A stretch of DNA of 64,000 nt from Chloroflexota bacterium (GTDB lineage Bacteria; Chloroflexota; Dehalococcoidia; Lucifugimonadales; GCA-002723415). Both the position numbers and the translations under genes were made by a program. Below the pieces are notes generated by a model. That model did not search any database and was not told where the DNA came from. It worked only from the letters and a program-made list of their open reading frames with translations. Shown here piece after piece: positions 1 through 10,536 of this stretch. Every line of letters starts with the position of its first letter. The first letter of the stretch is position 1. The stretch spans positions 23,258-87,257 of the forward strand of contig PBOA01000009.1 of assembly GCA_002723415.1 (NCBI GenBank), written 5' to 3'.

Positions 1-40
1 ATTACGTAATATAATATTTTTTCCTTGAATGTACATAATT

Positions 41-478
41 TCACTCTGGCCTTGATTGCCTATCAGCCAATAAAAAACTTTCTTTAACAATATCAACCTC
101 ACTCTCAAAAGTCATATATTTTAGAGCTTTTTGTTTTGGAACCCAAACAACTTCATCAAATTCTTCATCATGATTAATAAAATCCCCAGCAATCCATCTC
201 ATTAAAAAAAAATAAACAGTTTTACTATAATGCATGCTATTTCGCAATTCATAATAATTATATTGAATTGAATTGACAAACTCCACTATTTCTACTATTA
301 ATCCTGTTTCTTCTTTAACTTCCCTGATTGCAGCATCTTCAATAGTTTCTCCTTGTTCAATTTTACCTTTAGGCAACACCCATAAATCTGTAGAAAATCG
401 CCTGCAAATTGCAATTTCATAGCTAGAATTTATTACTACTCCGCCTGCTGAAGATATTTTTTCCTTGGGACTATCCAA
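41..478 (-). CDS. NUDIX hydrolase (Ap4A hydrolase-like)
   Basis: Nudix box PKGKIEQGETIEDAAIREVKEETGL; TTG start. Confidence 0.9.
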   Translation of the reverse strand: MDSPKEKISSAGGVVINSSYEIAICRRFSTDLWVLPKGKIEQGETIEDAAIREVKEETGLIVEIVEFVNSIQYNYYELRNSMHYSKTVYFFLMRWIAGDFINHDEEFDEVVWVPKQKALKYMTFESEVDIVKESFLLADRQSRPE

Positions 479-533
479 TATAATACTTCGTTCCTTAATT
501 TCAATATTTTCATATATTATTATATATTAATGC

Positions 534-563
534 TTGAATTCTTTTAGAACAATCTAGTAAAAT
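534..563 (+). promoter_or_regulatory. Putative sigma70 promoter of the pyr operon
   Basis: TTGAAT (534-539), 18-nt spacer, TAAAAT (558-563), just 5' of the PyrR-binding hairpin; AT-rich background lowers specificity. Confidence 0.5.
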
Positions 564-574
564 ATCCTCAGATG

Positions 575-607
575 CCCTTTAAATTAGTACTGTGATGCTT
601 ACAAGGG
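575..607 (+). promoter_or_regulatory. PyrR-binding RNA hairpin in the pyr leader
   Basis: CCCTTT-AAATT-AGTACTGTGATGCT-TAC-AAGGG; matches the ARUCCNGNGAGGYU consensus at 12/14 with a compensatory C-G to A-U pair; lies directly upstream of pyrR. Confidence 0.75.
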
Positions 608-662
608 ATATATGTTGACAAAAAATATGTCGCTTTTAGCTTCACGCATATAGAAAGGTTTA

Positions 663-1241
663 ATGTCAACATACAACTCCAAGCCTCCTCTTAATTCTAT
701 ATACACAAAGATATTATTAGATTCTAATGCTATTAATAAGTCTTTAATTCGAATTTCTCACGAAATTATAGAGAGAAATAAAGATTTAGAATCAGTAATT
801 CTAATTGGTATTCAAAGAAGAGGAGTTACTATAGCAAAACGATTAAAAACCCTTATATATAATTTTACAAATATTTCTCTTAAAACAGGAGACTTAGATA
901 TTGGTTTTTATAGGGATGACCTTTCTTTTATTCATCGCCCATTTATTAGAGAAACATCTATACAAAACAACATAGACAATAAAACAATAATATTAATTGA
1001 CGATGTTTTATTTACTGGCAGAACAATTAGAGCTGCAATGAATGCTTTAATTGACTTTGGCCGACCAAAATTTATTCAACTTGCTGTACTAATCGACAGA
1101 GGTCACAGAGAATTGCCGATTCGCCCAGATTACATTGGCAAAAATATACCTACCTCTAGCAAAGAAAATATTCAAGTTAAATTAACTGAAATAGATCAAG
1201 AAGAACAAGTATTACTTCAAAAGGATTCTTATGAAAATTAA
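663..1241 (+). CDS. pyrR: Pyrimidine regulatory protein / uracil phosphoribosyltransferase PyrR
   Basis: GIQRRG, LDIGFYRDD, LIDDVLFTGRTIRAAM, DRGHRELPIRPDYIGKN motifs. Confidence 0.97.
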   Translation: MSTYNSKPPLNSIYTKILLDSNAINKSLIRISHEIIERNKDLESVILIGIQRRGVTIAKRLKTLIYNFTNISLKTGDLDIGFYRDDLSFIHRPFIRETSIQNNIDNKTIILIDDVLFTGRTIRAAMNALIDFGRPKFIQLAVLIDRGHRELPIRPDYIGKNIPTSSKENIQVKLTEIDQEEQVLLQKDSYEN

Positions 1242-2190
1242 TCCAAAAAAATATTTACTAGATATTGATTGTTATTCTAAAGAAGAAATTCTACAAATTA
1301 TAAATGATTCAAAAATAATGATGGAAATTCTGAATAGAAAGGTTAAAAAAATACCCACACTTAGAGGCAAAACAATTGTAACATTATTTTATGAACCTAG
1401 TACACGAACAAGAATATCATTTGAGCAGGCGGGGAAAATTTTAAATGCCGACGTTATTAATATAGCTACTAAGGAAAGCAGTTCAAACAAAGGTGAATCT
1501 TTATTAAACACAATTTTAACAATACAATCTATAAAGGCTGACCTTATTATAATAAGGCACCCTCACGCCGGAGCCCCTTATTTCTTAGCAAAAAACTCTG
1601 AAATTCCAATAATTAATGCAGGAGATGGATCCCATGCACATCCGACTCAATCTTTACTGGACTTATATACAATTCATAATAATATTGGACAAATAGAAAA
1701 TCTTAATATTGTTATGGTTGGAGACATTTTATATAGCCGTGTTGCTAGATCAAACATCCTTGGTTTATCTATATTAGGCGCTAATATAACTTTATGCGGT
1801 CCTAAAACTTTAATACCAAATGAATTTCTATCTAAATCTCAATTATTTAATAATATTACATTTGAACATTCTTTAAAAAAAGCTGTTAATAATGCGGACA
1901 TAGTTATGCCACTTAGAATTCAATTAGAACGCCAATCATCTGGACATCTTCCAAATTTAGAAGAATATTCAAAACATTGGTGCATAACAAATGACATTCT
2001 AAAATTTGCAAAACCAAGTGTAAAAATATTGCACCCAGGCCCAATGAACGAAGGAATAGAAATTTCCTCTGAAGTTGCACATGGATCTAAATCTCTTATT
2101 AAAGAACAAGTTACTAACGGAGTTGCTGTTAGAATGGCCCTACTTTATTCAATGCTAAATTCAGAATCAAAAATGAGCCTGGAGGAATAA
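1231..2190 (+). CDS. pyrB: Aspartate carbamoyltransferase catalytic subunit
   Basis: FYEPSTRTR, INAGDGSHAHPTQ, HPGP motifs; operon position. Confidence 0.97.
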   Translation: MKINPKKYLLDIDCYSKEEILQIINDSKIMMEILNRKVKKIPTLRGKTIVTLFYEPSTRTRISFEQAGKILNADVINIATKESSSNKGESLLNTILTIQSIKADLIIIRHPHAGAPYFLAKNSEIPIINAGDGSHAHPTQSLLDLYTIHNNIGQIENLNIVMVGDILYSRVARSNILGLSILGANITLCGPKTLIPNEFLSKSQLFNNITFEHSLKKAVNNADIVMPLRIQLERQSSGHLPNLEEYSKHWCITNDILKFAKPSVKILHPGPMNEGIEISSEVAHGSKSLIKEQVTNGVAVRMALLYSMLNSESKMSLEE

Positions 2191-3533
2191 TGCCAACAAA
2201 GCCTATTTTAATAAAAAACGGAAGAGCAATAGATCCAACACAAAACTTAGATTCTAACAAAGATATTTTAATTGAAAATGGCATTATTTCACAAATCTCA
2301 AATAACATAACCCATTCTACGGCTGAAAAAATTGATGCAAAAGGATTAATAGTTTCTCCAGGGTTTATAGATCTTCATTGCCATTTGAGAGAACCTGGAT
2401 ATGAATCATCTGAAACAATTAAAACTGGCACTGCTGCTGCTGCTGCTGGGGGGTACACAACTATTTGTGCAATGCCTAATACCAATCCAACCATAGATTC
2501 TAAGGTAGCAATAAAATATGTTCAACAAGAATCAAAAAAAAATGGATATATAAATGTTTTACCCATTGGTGCAGTAACAAAAAATAGAGAGGGAATAGAA
2601 TTATCTCCAATGATAGAGCTTGCTGATTTAGGAGCTATTGGTTTCAGCGATGATGGAAATCCTGTTTATGATGCAAATATTATGCGCCAAGCTTTAAACT
2701 ACAGCACATTAACAAACACACCGATTATTAACCACTGTGAAGTACTAGAATTATCTAAAAACGGATTAATCAATGAAGGAATAATATCTACTAGATTAGG
2801 TGTTAAAGGTATCCCAGGTGCCGCAGAATCTATTATGGCATACAGAGATATACAACTTTGCGAACTTACTGGAGGAAAACTTCATATTGCACATGTAAGT
2901 ACAAAATCAACGCTCGATATAATTAAACAAGCAAAAGAATCAGGAATAAATGTAACTTGTGAAGTTACTCCGCACCATATTACTTTGACTGAAGACCTTC
3001 TTTTAGGTAAAACCGGATCTGATTTAAAGCAGGAAGCTTTAAATATAAATTCTTATGATACTAATGCAAAAGTTAAACCACCATTACGTAATTCTTTTGA
3101 TGTTAAATCGATGATTGATGGTATTAAAAACGGTATTATTGATTTTATAGCGACCGACCATGCACCTCATAAATTTTTAGGCAAAAATACAACTTTAGAA
3201 AATGCTGAATTTGGCATAAGTAATATTGAAACTTCTTTAACCTCATCTTTGTCTCTATATCATAATGATAATTTTCCATTGCCATTAATTATTGATAAAT
3301 TAAGCTCTTCTCCTGCAAAATTTTTAAATATTTCCAATATAGGAAATTTAAATAAAGGATCCAAAGGTGACATAACTATATTTGATCCAAATAAAATTTG
3401 GACTATTAACTATGACAACTTTTATTCTAAAGGAAAAAACACCCCTATAAATGGCTATAAAATGAAAGGAAAAGTAATTACAACCATAGTATCAGGAAAA
3501 ATAATTTATGAAAAAGGAAAGATCCATGATTAA
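2190..3533 (+). CDS. pyrC: Dihydroorotase (type I)
   Basis: DLHCHLREPG, AMPNT, ATDHAPH metal-binding motifs. Confidence 0.95.
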   Translation: MPTKPILIKNGRAIDPTQNLDSNKDILIENGIISQISNNITHSTAEKIDAKGLIVSPGFIDLHCHLREPGYESSETIKTGTAAAAAGGYTTICAMPNTNPTIDSKVAIKYVQQESKKNGYINVLPIGAVTKNREGIELSPMIELADLGAIGFSDDGNPVYDANIMRQALNYSTLTNTPIINHCEVLELSKNGLINEGIISTRLGVKGIPGAAESIMAYRDIQLCELTGGKLHIAHVSTKSTLDIIKQAKESGINVTCEVTPHHITLTEDLLLGKTGSDLKQEALNINSYDTNAKVKPPLRNSFDVKSMIDGIKNGIIDFIATDHAPHKFLGKNTTLENAEFGISNIETSLTSSLSLYHNDNFPLPLIIDKLSSSPAKFLNISNIGNLNKGSKGDITIFDPNKIWTINYDNFYSKGKNTPINGYKMKGKVITTIVSGKIIYEKGKIHD

Positions 3534-4668
3534 ACCTTCAATATTGGCACTTGAAGACGGAACTATATTTAATGGTGTTTCATATGGAAGTACTAAATCT
3601 ATTTCAGGTGAAGTAGTATTCAACACATCAATGGCTGGATATCAAGAAATTCTTACTGACCCATCTTATGCAGGGCAAATTGTAGTTTTAACTTATCCAT
3701 TAATTGGTAATTACGGCATAAACATATCTGATTTTGAATCTTCAAAAGTCCAAGTAGCTGGATTTATTGTTAAAGAACATTGTAAATACCCAAGTAGCTC
3801 TAAACCAATGTCATCTTTTGATGATTTTTTAACTAAACAAAATATATCTGGAATCATGGGGTTAGACACCAGAGCTCTTACAAAGAAAATAAGAACATAT
3901 GGTGCAATGAAGGGAATGATTTCAACAAAAAAATCTGTTCCAGGAATACTCGAAAATTTACAAAACTCTGCAAATTATAATGAAATAAATTTTGTAGATC
4001 ATGTCACTACTAATGATTCTTTCGTCTGGAACTCAAAATTCAATCGCCCGGAGCCTTCAACTTCTTTTAAAAATGAACCTGGTAAAAATAAAATTGCAGT
4101 TTTAGATTATGGAATAAAATATAACATTTTACGCATCCTAGAAAATTTAAATTGTACAACTTTAACTTTACCTGCAAACACATCCTCTAATGACGTTCTA
4201 AGCCTAAAACCTGATGGAATTTTGTTATCCCCTGGACCTGGTGACCCTGAACTCTTAACAAGGCCGATCGATAACGTAAAAAAATTGATTGGAAAAGTCC
4301 CGATAATGGGAATATGTCTTGGCAACCAAATTTTAGCAAAAGCATTTGGTGGAAAAACTTATAAACTCAAATTTGGGCACCATGGAGCCAACCATCCTGT
4401 AAAAAATTTATCAACAGGTGAAGTATATGTTACCTCTCAAAACCATGGATATTCTGTAGACCCAGAATCTCTCCCTTCTGAATTAGAAGTAAGTTATATA
4501 AACTTAAATGATAACACCGTAGAGGGGTTGCGCCATAATTCATTGCCCATATTAAGCGTTCAATATCATTCAGAAGGAGCTCCTGGTCCTGAGGAAAATT
4601 CATACATATTTAATGAATTTATAAACTTAGTTAATAATTATAATAACAAGGAGAATAATAATCAGTAA
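3526..4668 (+). CDS. carA: Carbamoyl-phosphate synthase small subunit
   Basis: LALEDGT, GEVVFNT, GICLG, QYHSE; ATG 3526 (after AAAGGA) preferred over ORF-track 3508. Confidence 0.97.
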   Translation: MIKPSILALEDGTIFNGVSYGSTKSISGEVVFNTSMAGYQEILTDPSYAGQIVVLTYPLIGNYGINISDFESSKVQVAGFIVKEHCKYPSSSKPMSSFDDFLTKQNISGIMGLDTRALTKKIRTYGAMKGMISTKKSVPGILENLQNSANYNEINFVDHVTTNDSFVWNSKFNRPEPSTSFKNEPGKNKIAVLDYGIKYNILRILENLNCTTLTLPANTSSNDVLSLKPDGILLSPGPGDPELLTRPIDNVKKLIGKVPIMGICLGNQILAKAFGGKTYKLKFGHHGANHPVKNLSTGEVYVTSQNHGYSVDPESLPSELEVSYINLNDNTVEGLRHNSLPILSVQYHSEGAPGPEENSYIFNEFINLVNNYNNKENNNQ

Positions 4669-7600
4669 TTTATTAAAAACGAAGCTAAAAAAAGTAATGG
4701 TTATTGGTTCAGGCCCAATAATAATTGGGCAAGCTGCAGAATTTGATTATGCAGGAACACAAGCATGCAAGTCTTTGCGAGAAGAAGGAATTTTTACAAT
4801 TTTAATAAATTCTAATCCTGCAACTATCATGACTGATAAAGATATTGCAGACACCATATATATAGAGCCCTTAACAGTTGAAGTTATTACAAGAATAATT
4901 GAAAAAGAACAACCTGATGGAATTTTGCCAACACTAGGAGGACAAACTGCATTAAACCTAGCAGTAAAACTTCATGATGAAGGAATATTAAAAAAATATA
5001 ATGTGGCTCTTCTAGGTACGCCTGTCGAAACAATCAAAAATTCAGAAGATAGAGATCTTTTCAGATCTCTTTTAATTAAAATAAATGAACCCGTCCTTCC
5101 AAGTCAAATTGTTTCAACAGTTGAAGAAGCAAACAAAGTAGCTCTAGATATCGGAATGCCATTAATCGTTAGGCCTGCATATACATTAGGTGGTACTGGA
5201 GGAGGAATAGTCAATAATATAAACTCTCTAAAAAGCACAGTTCAAAACGGACTAAATGCAAGCCCAATTAACCAGGTACTACTTGAAAGGTACCTGAAAG
5301 GATGGAAAGAAGTTGAATATGAAGTTATTAGAGACTCTAATAACAATTGTATAACCGTATGCAATATGGAAAATTTTGACCCTATGGGCGTACACACTGG
5401 AGATAGTATTGTTGTTGCTCCATCACAAACACTCACTGATAAAGAATACCAAATGCTAAGATCAGCAAGCATAAAAATCATTAGAGAATTAAATATTCAA
5501 GGAGGATGCAATGTTCAATTTGCTTTACACCCAGGAGAAATCATTAGAAAATCTCTAGACAAAAATGAAGAAGAAAGCCCTTATTATGTTATTGAAGTAA
5601 ACCCGCGTGTTAGCAGAAGCTCAGCTTTAGCTAGTAAAGCTACAGGATACCCTATTGCGAGAGTGGCTGCAAAAATAGCCATAGGTAAAACTTTAGATGA
5701 AATAAAAAACCAAGTTACAGGCCAAACCTCTGCTGCATTTGAACCAGCCTTAGATTATTGCGTAGTAAAAATTCCTAGGTTCCCATTTGATAAATTTCCT
5801 GAAGCTGATCGCACAATTGGAACTCAAATGAAAGCAACCGGTGAAGTCATGGCAATAGGAAGATCTTTTGAGTCAGCTATTCAAAAAGCTATAAGATCAT
5901 TAGAAATTCCTGGAGCTTCTTTATTGTGGGAAGATCAAGACTGGCACACTCTTAATAATAAAGAAATATTAGCTCTTTTATCAAAGAATGTTTCTGACAA
6001 AAGATTGTGGTTAGTTATTACAGCATTAAGAAGAGGTATATCGCCTAAAGATGTATCTATAAAAACAGGAATAGACCCCTGGTTTACTTTCTCAATATCA
6101 AATATTATTAAAGCTGAAAAAACGATCACCTCTTCTGTTATTGATAAAGAATTATTGAAAAACATAAAATCTTTAGGATTCTCTGATAAAGATATATCAA
6201 TTTTAAAAAATGTGCCTCAATCTGATATTCGTAAACTTAGAACTAAATGGAATATATTTCCAACATATAAAATGGTAGACACCTGCGCTGCTGAATTTCC
6301 TGCACAAACTCCTTATTTTTATAGCACCTATGAAGAAGAAAATGAAGCCTTCCCATTAGAAAAGAGAAAAGCTTTAGTTATTGGTAGTGGTCCCATTAGA
6401 ATTGGGCAAGGAATAGAATTTGATTATTGCTCTGTACATGCAGCTTGGAGTTTTCAAAATAATGATATTGCAAGCATTATGGTCAATTCTAACCCTGAAA
6501 CCGTTTCTACTGACTTTGACACCTCTTCTAGGTTATATTTCGAACCACTAGATGAAGAAAGCATACAAGATATAATTAATCTTGAATCTGCAAATCTCAC
6601 AGACTCTACTTCTGTCTCTACAGTTGTGCAGTTTGGAGGACAAACTGCAATTAATTTATCTCAGCCTTTAAATGAATCAAAATTGCCTATTTTAGGGACC
6701 TCAGCAGAGTCCACTAACATAGCCTCTGACAGAGATTCATTTGAAAAATTTTTAAAATCTACTAACATTCCCAGTCCTCCTGGATACTCCATTTATACAA
6801 CTGAAGAAGCAGTATCTGCAGCAAAAAAAATTGGATACCCTGTTGTTGTAAGGCCTAGTTATGTATTAGGCGGAAGAGCAATGAAAATTATTTATGAAGA
6901 AAAATACCTAAAAAAATATATGAAGCAAATAATAGGATCAATTGAAAATAACAAAATCTTAATTGATAAATATATATACGGAAAAGAAATAGAAGTTGAC
7001 GCAGTAAGTGATGGGGAAAATGTATTAATACCAGGCATAATGGAGCACATAGAAAAAGCAGGAGTTCATAGTGGAGATTCTATAGCCGTATATCCCACAG
7101 TATCAATTTCTCAGGATGAGATTGATACAATTGTAGAATATACAACATTAATAGGAAAAAAATTAAAAATTACTGGATTAATGAATATCCAATATGTAAT
7201 TTATAAGCCTAATCCAAATGAGCCTTCAATAATATATATTATCGAAGTAAATCCAAGGTCTAGTCGTACAATTCCTTTTATATCCAAAGTAACTAATATT
7301 CCTATGGTAAAAATTGCTATTGAAAACATGCTTGGAAAAACTTTAAAAGATCTTGGCCTTACCCCAGGATTACAAAAAGCCTCCAATACTTTTGCAGTAA
7401 AAGCACCTGTGTTTTCGATGTCAAAACTTATAGGAGTAGATACAGAACTTGGACCTGAAATGAAGTCAACTGGAGAAGTTATGGGTATTGACTATGATCT
7501 TAAATTTGCTTTAAAAAAAGCAATGATTTCTGCAGGATTAACTATACCAGAAAAAGGTTCAATCTTATTAAGTGTTGCAGATAAAGACAAAGAAGAAGCA

Positions 7601-7957
7601 ATATCAATTTTTACAACTCTTCACTCTATTGGATATCATCTTTATGCTACAGACGGAACAGCATCATTAATTAAATCACTTGGAATACCTGTGACAACTA
7701 TTTCTAGACGGCTAGACAGAGAACATCCAAATGTATTAGACGTAATACTTAATAACACAGTTGATGCTGTAATAAATACAGTTACCGGTTCACGAGATGT
7801 ATTAATGGACGGTTTTTATATAAGGAGAGCCGCTGTTGACAAAAAAATTCCTTGTTTTACATCTATAGACACTGCTAAGGCTGCTATTGATGCACTAAGC
7901 AATACCTCAGAATATAGTATTAAACCTTTAAATAAATATTTAAATAAATACCCATAA
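4661..7957 (+). CDS. carB: Carbamoyl-phosphate synthase large subunit (start uncertain: ATA 4658 / ATC 4661, or ATG 4697)
   Basis: VIGSGPIIIGQAAEFDY, two ATP-grasp IEVNPR motifs, C-terminal MGS domain; frame open from 4631 with AAGGAG at 4648-4653. Confidence 0.95.
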   Translation: MSNLLKTKLKKVMVIGSGPIIIGQAAEFDYAGTQACKSLREEGIFTILINSNPATIMTDKDIADTIYIEPLTVEVITRIIEKEQPDGILPTLGGQTALNLAVKLHDEGILKKYNVALLGTPVETIKNSEDRDLFRSLLIKINEPVLPSQIVSTVEEANKVALDIGMPLIVRPAYTLGGTGGGIVNNINSLKSTVQNGLNASPINQVLLERYLKGWKEVEYEVIRDSNNNCITVCNMENFDPMGVHTGDSIVVAPSQTLTDKEYQMLRSASIKIIRELNIQGGCNVQFALHPGEIIRKSLDKNEEESPYYVIEVNPRVSRSSALASKATGYPIARVAAKIAIGKTLDEIKNQVTGQTSAAFEPALDYCVVKIPRFPFDKFPEADRTIGTQMKATGEVMAIGRSFESAIQKAIRSLEIPGASLLWEDQDWHTLNNKEILALLSKNVSDKRLWLVITALRRGISPKDVSIKTGIDPWFTFSISNIIKAEKTITSSVIDKELLKNIKSLGFSDKDISILKNVPQSDIRKLRTKWNIFPTYKMVDTCAAEFPAQTPYFYSTYEEENEAFPLEKRKALVIGSGPIRIGQGIEFDYCSVHAAWSFQNNDIASIMVNSNPETVSTDFDTSSRLYFEPLDEESIQDIINLESANLTDSTSVSTVVQFGGQTAINLSQPLNESKLPILGTSAESTNIASDRDSFEKFLKSTNIPSPPGYSIYTTEEAVSAAKKIGYPVVVRPSYVLGGRAMKIIYEEKYLKKYMKQIIGSIENNKILIDKYIYGKEIEVDAVSDGENVLIPGIMEHIEKAGVHSGDSIAVYPTVSISQDEIDTIVEYTTLIGKKLKITGLMNIQYVIYKPNPNEPSIIYIIEVNPRSSRTIPFISKVTNIPMVKIAIENMLGKTLKDLGLTPGLQKASNTFAVKAPVFSMSKLIGVDTELGPEMKSTGEVMGIDYDLKFALKKAMISAGLTIPEKGSILLSVADKDKEEAISIFTTLHSIGYHLYATDGTASLIKSLGIPVTTISRRLDREHPNVLDVILNNTVDAVINTVTGSRDVLMDGFYIRRAAVDKKIPCFTSIDTAKAAIDALSNTSEYSIKPLNKYLNKYP

Positions 7958-10536
7958 TGATTCCTTTACGTTTAAAAGTAAAAAATTTTATGTGTTATGG
8001 GTCAAGCCCACAAATTTTAGAATTTTCAGGAATCCATCTAGCATGTTTATGTGGTTCAAATGGCCATGGTAAAACAGCATTACTAGATGCAATAACATGG
8101 GCTCTTTGGGGACATACAAGAACCAGAACACAAGAAGAACTAGTTCATCAAGGACAATTAGATATGTCTGTTGAATTAGATTTTTCAGCTCGAGCACAAA
8201 AATACAAAGTAATTCGCCGATATTCTCGTTCATCAGGAGCAAAACAGGGAGTAACTATATTAGAACTTCAAGTGGCGTATTCTTCTGAAAATTATCAAGC
8301 TATTACACAAAACACTCTAAGAGAAACCGAGCATAAAATTAAAGAACTTCTTAATTTAGATTATGACACATTTATTAATACAGCATTTTTAAGACAAGGA
8401 GACGCTGATAGATTTACTACAAGCCGACCTGCAGAAAGAAAAACAACATTAGCAGAAGTTTTAGGATTATCAGAATATGAAAAAATCGAATTAAAAGCAA
8501 AAGCTAAATACAGGACTCTTACGTCAACATTGAAAGATTTTGAAACTAAAAAACATTTTTTAGAAGAAGAAATTTCTGAAAAAGTTAAATATGAAAATGA
8601 ACTAACAGAAATTGATCTAGAAATATATTCGTTAGAGACGAATCTTACAAAAACACAAAATAAATTTGAATTATTAAATAATATTTCTACCAAACTTAAC
8701 CAACAAGAAGCAGAACTAAAAGAAGCAGAATCGCAATTAACTAAAAACAGTTTGGAAATAGAAAATTTGATTGAACAGCTTGACAAACATAATAAAACAT
8801 ATCATGAAATAAAAGAGCTTCTCTTAGATAAAGATCAAATTACTAAAGGATATTTAACATTAAACTCTTATAAATCTACTCTTAATAAATTAGATAAAGA
8901 TTTTGAAATTAAAGTAGACCTTGATAGAAAAATTGCTAACGTAAATGCAGAGCTCAATATAAAAAAAACAAAGATTATGACAACAATTGATCAATTAGAG
9001 GCTCAACTAAAAAATAATTTAATTCCAAAAACTAGGAACAAAACAGAAATTGAAGAAAAAATAAATCAACTTTTAAACAAAGAACAAGAATGGAAATTAA
9101 TTCATTCTCAAATTGAATCATTAAATAATAATTATGAAAAAACTAATACTAAAATAAGCGACTTAAAAGCATTTAATCAGGTCTTACTCAATCAAATGGA
9201 AGATGATAGGAAAAAATTTGACATGCTAAAAATATCTGGAGGAAAGTGCCCTTTATGCCAACAGAAACTAGACAATAATGGCCATGATATTTTATTAAAA
9301 AACTATACTCACCAAGGCCTTACAAATAAACAAAATTATCAAAAAAATTTAGAAAACCAAAACTCTCTTATAACTCAAAATTCAACTTTAAAAACACAAA
9401 TTAACTTCATAGAAAAAAAACTTTCTGATGACCAGCAACATGTTAATACCAGCATAATTAAACTTAAATCGGAATTAACAGACTCAATAAAAGCAGAAAA
9501 AAATATAAACATTTCCCAAAATGAAATTAATGCTTTAGAAAATTCAATTAATAGCAATAATTATGCTGGAAATGACATTGATAAGCTCGAAGAATTAAAT
9601 GAACAGTTAAATAACCTAAATTATTCAACAGAATTACATTCAAAAGTTAAATCTCAAATAATAGAACTATCCTCATATGAAGAAAAACATATTAAATTAA
9701 AAAGTGCAGAAACATTATTTCCAAAAGAAGAAAGTTTAATTAAATCAACAAAAAATATTTTAGAAAACAGAAAAATTGAAAAAGAATTACTCTCTAATAA
9801 AATAATAAACATAAAAGCCGAATTAGAAAAAAAAGAAGATATAACCTTAGAATTAAATAAAATTAATAACGACCTATCAATATTAAAACCTAACTTACAA
9901 AACCTATATATAAAAAAAGGAATATTAACAGATAATATAGCAAGATGTGCAAAATATGAAAAGGAATTAAATGAACTAAATAAACAAGTTAATTCTATCT
10001 CAAAAGAAGCTGATATATTTAATGAACTATCATTAGCATTTGGTAAAAACGGATTGCAGGCTTTAATAATTGAAACCTCTATTCCTCAACTTGAACAGGA
10101 CTCTAATCAATTATTGTCTAGGCTTAGCGAAAACAAAATGGCTATTAAATTTCAATTGGTTGCAGGAAGAAAAGATAGCAGAACTGGCATGGTTTCAGAA
10201 GAACTAGATATAAAAGTATCAGATGAAGTAGGAACAAGAAATTATGAAACTTTTAGCGGAGGGGAAGCATTTAGAATAAATTTTGCTATAAGAATAGCAT
10301 TATCTAGACTTCTTGCCAGAAGATCAGGAGCTCCTTTACCAATTCTTTTTATAGATGAAGGCTTTGGTTCTCAAGATTTTGAAGGTCAAGAAAAATTAAT
10401 ACAATCTATACAATCTATACAAAATGATTTTGAAAAAATCATTGTTATAACACATATTGAACAAATCAAAGATTCTTTTCCTGTTAGAATCGAAGTAACT
10501 AAATCAGGAGAAGGGTCTACTCTTGAAGTATATTAA
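7957..10536 (+). CDS. sbcC: SbcC/Rad50-family SMC ATPase
   Basis: Walker A GSNGHGKT, long coiled coil with CPLC zinc hook, signature FSGGE, Walker B FIDEG, H-loop ITH. Confidence 0.88.
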   Translation: MIPLRLKVKNFMCYGSSPQILEFSGIHLACLCGSNGHGKTALLDAITWALWGHTRTRTQEELVHQGQLDMSVELDFSARAQKYKVIRRYSRSSGAKQGVTILELQVAYSSENYQAITQNTLRETEHKIKELLNLDYDTFINTAFLRQGDADRFTTSRPAERKTTLAEVLGLSEYEKIELKAKAKYRTLTSTLKDFETKKHFLEEEISEKVKYENELTEIDLEIYSLETNLTKTQNKFELLNNISTKLNQQEAELKEAESQLTKNSLEIENLIEQLDKHNKTYHEIKELLLDKDQITKGYLTLNSYKSTLNKLDKDFEIKVDLDRKIANVNAELNIKKTKIMTTIDQLEAQLKNNLIPKTRNKTEIEEKINQLLNKEQEWKLIHSQIESLNNNYEKTNTKISDLKAFNQVLLNQMEDDRKKFDMLKISGGKCPLCQQKLDNNGHDILLKNYTHQGLTNKQNYQKNLENQNSLITQNSTLKTQINFIEKKLSDDQQHVNTSIIKLKSELTDSIKAEKNINISQNEINALENSINSNNYAGNDIDKLEELNEQLNNLNYSTELHSKVKSQIIELSSYEEKHIKLKSAETLFPKEESLIKSTKNILENRKIEKELLSNKIINIKAELEKKEDITLELNKINNDLSILKPNLQNLYIKKGILTDNIARCAKYEKELNELNKQVNSISKEADIFNELSLAFGKNGLQALIIETSIPQLEQDSNQLLSRLSENKMAIKFQLVAGRKDSRTGMVSEELDIKVSDEVGTRNYETFSGGEAFRINFAIRIALSRLLARRSGAPLPILFIDEGFGSQDFEGQEKLIQSIQSIQNDFEKIIVITHIEQIKDSFPVRIEVTKSGEGSTLEVY

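Noticed and set aside
10401-10421. Short tandem repeats (CAATCTATA repeat in sbcC; GCT run near 2432 in pyrC)
   Set aside because: In-frame and explained by the protein sequence (IQSIQSIQ, AAAAA); no sign of phase variation
7957-10536. Wadjet/MksB-type defence SMC
   Set aside because: The zinc-hook CPLC indicates Rad50/SbcC; no hinge and no jetA/B/D neighbours
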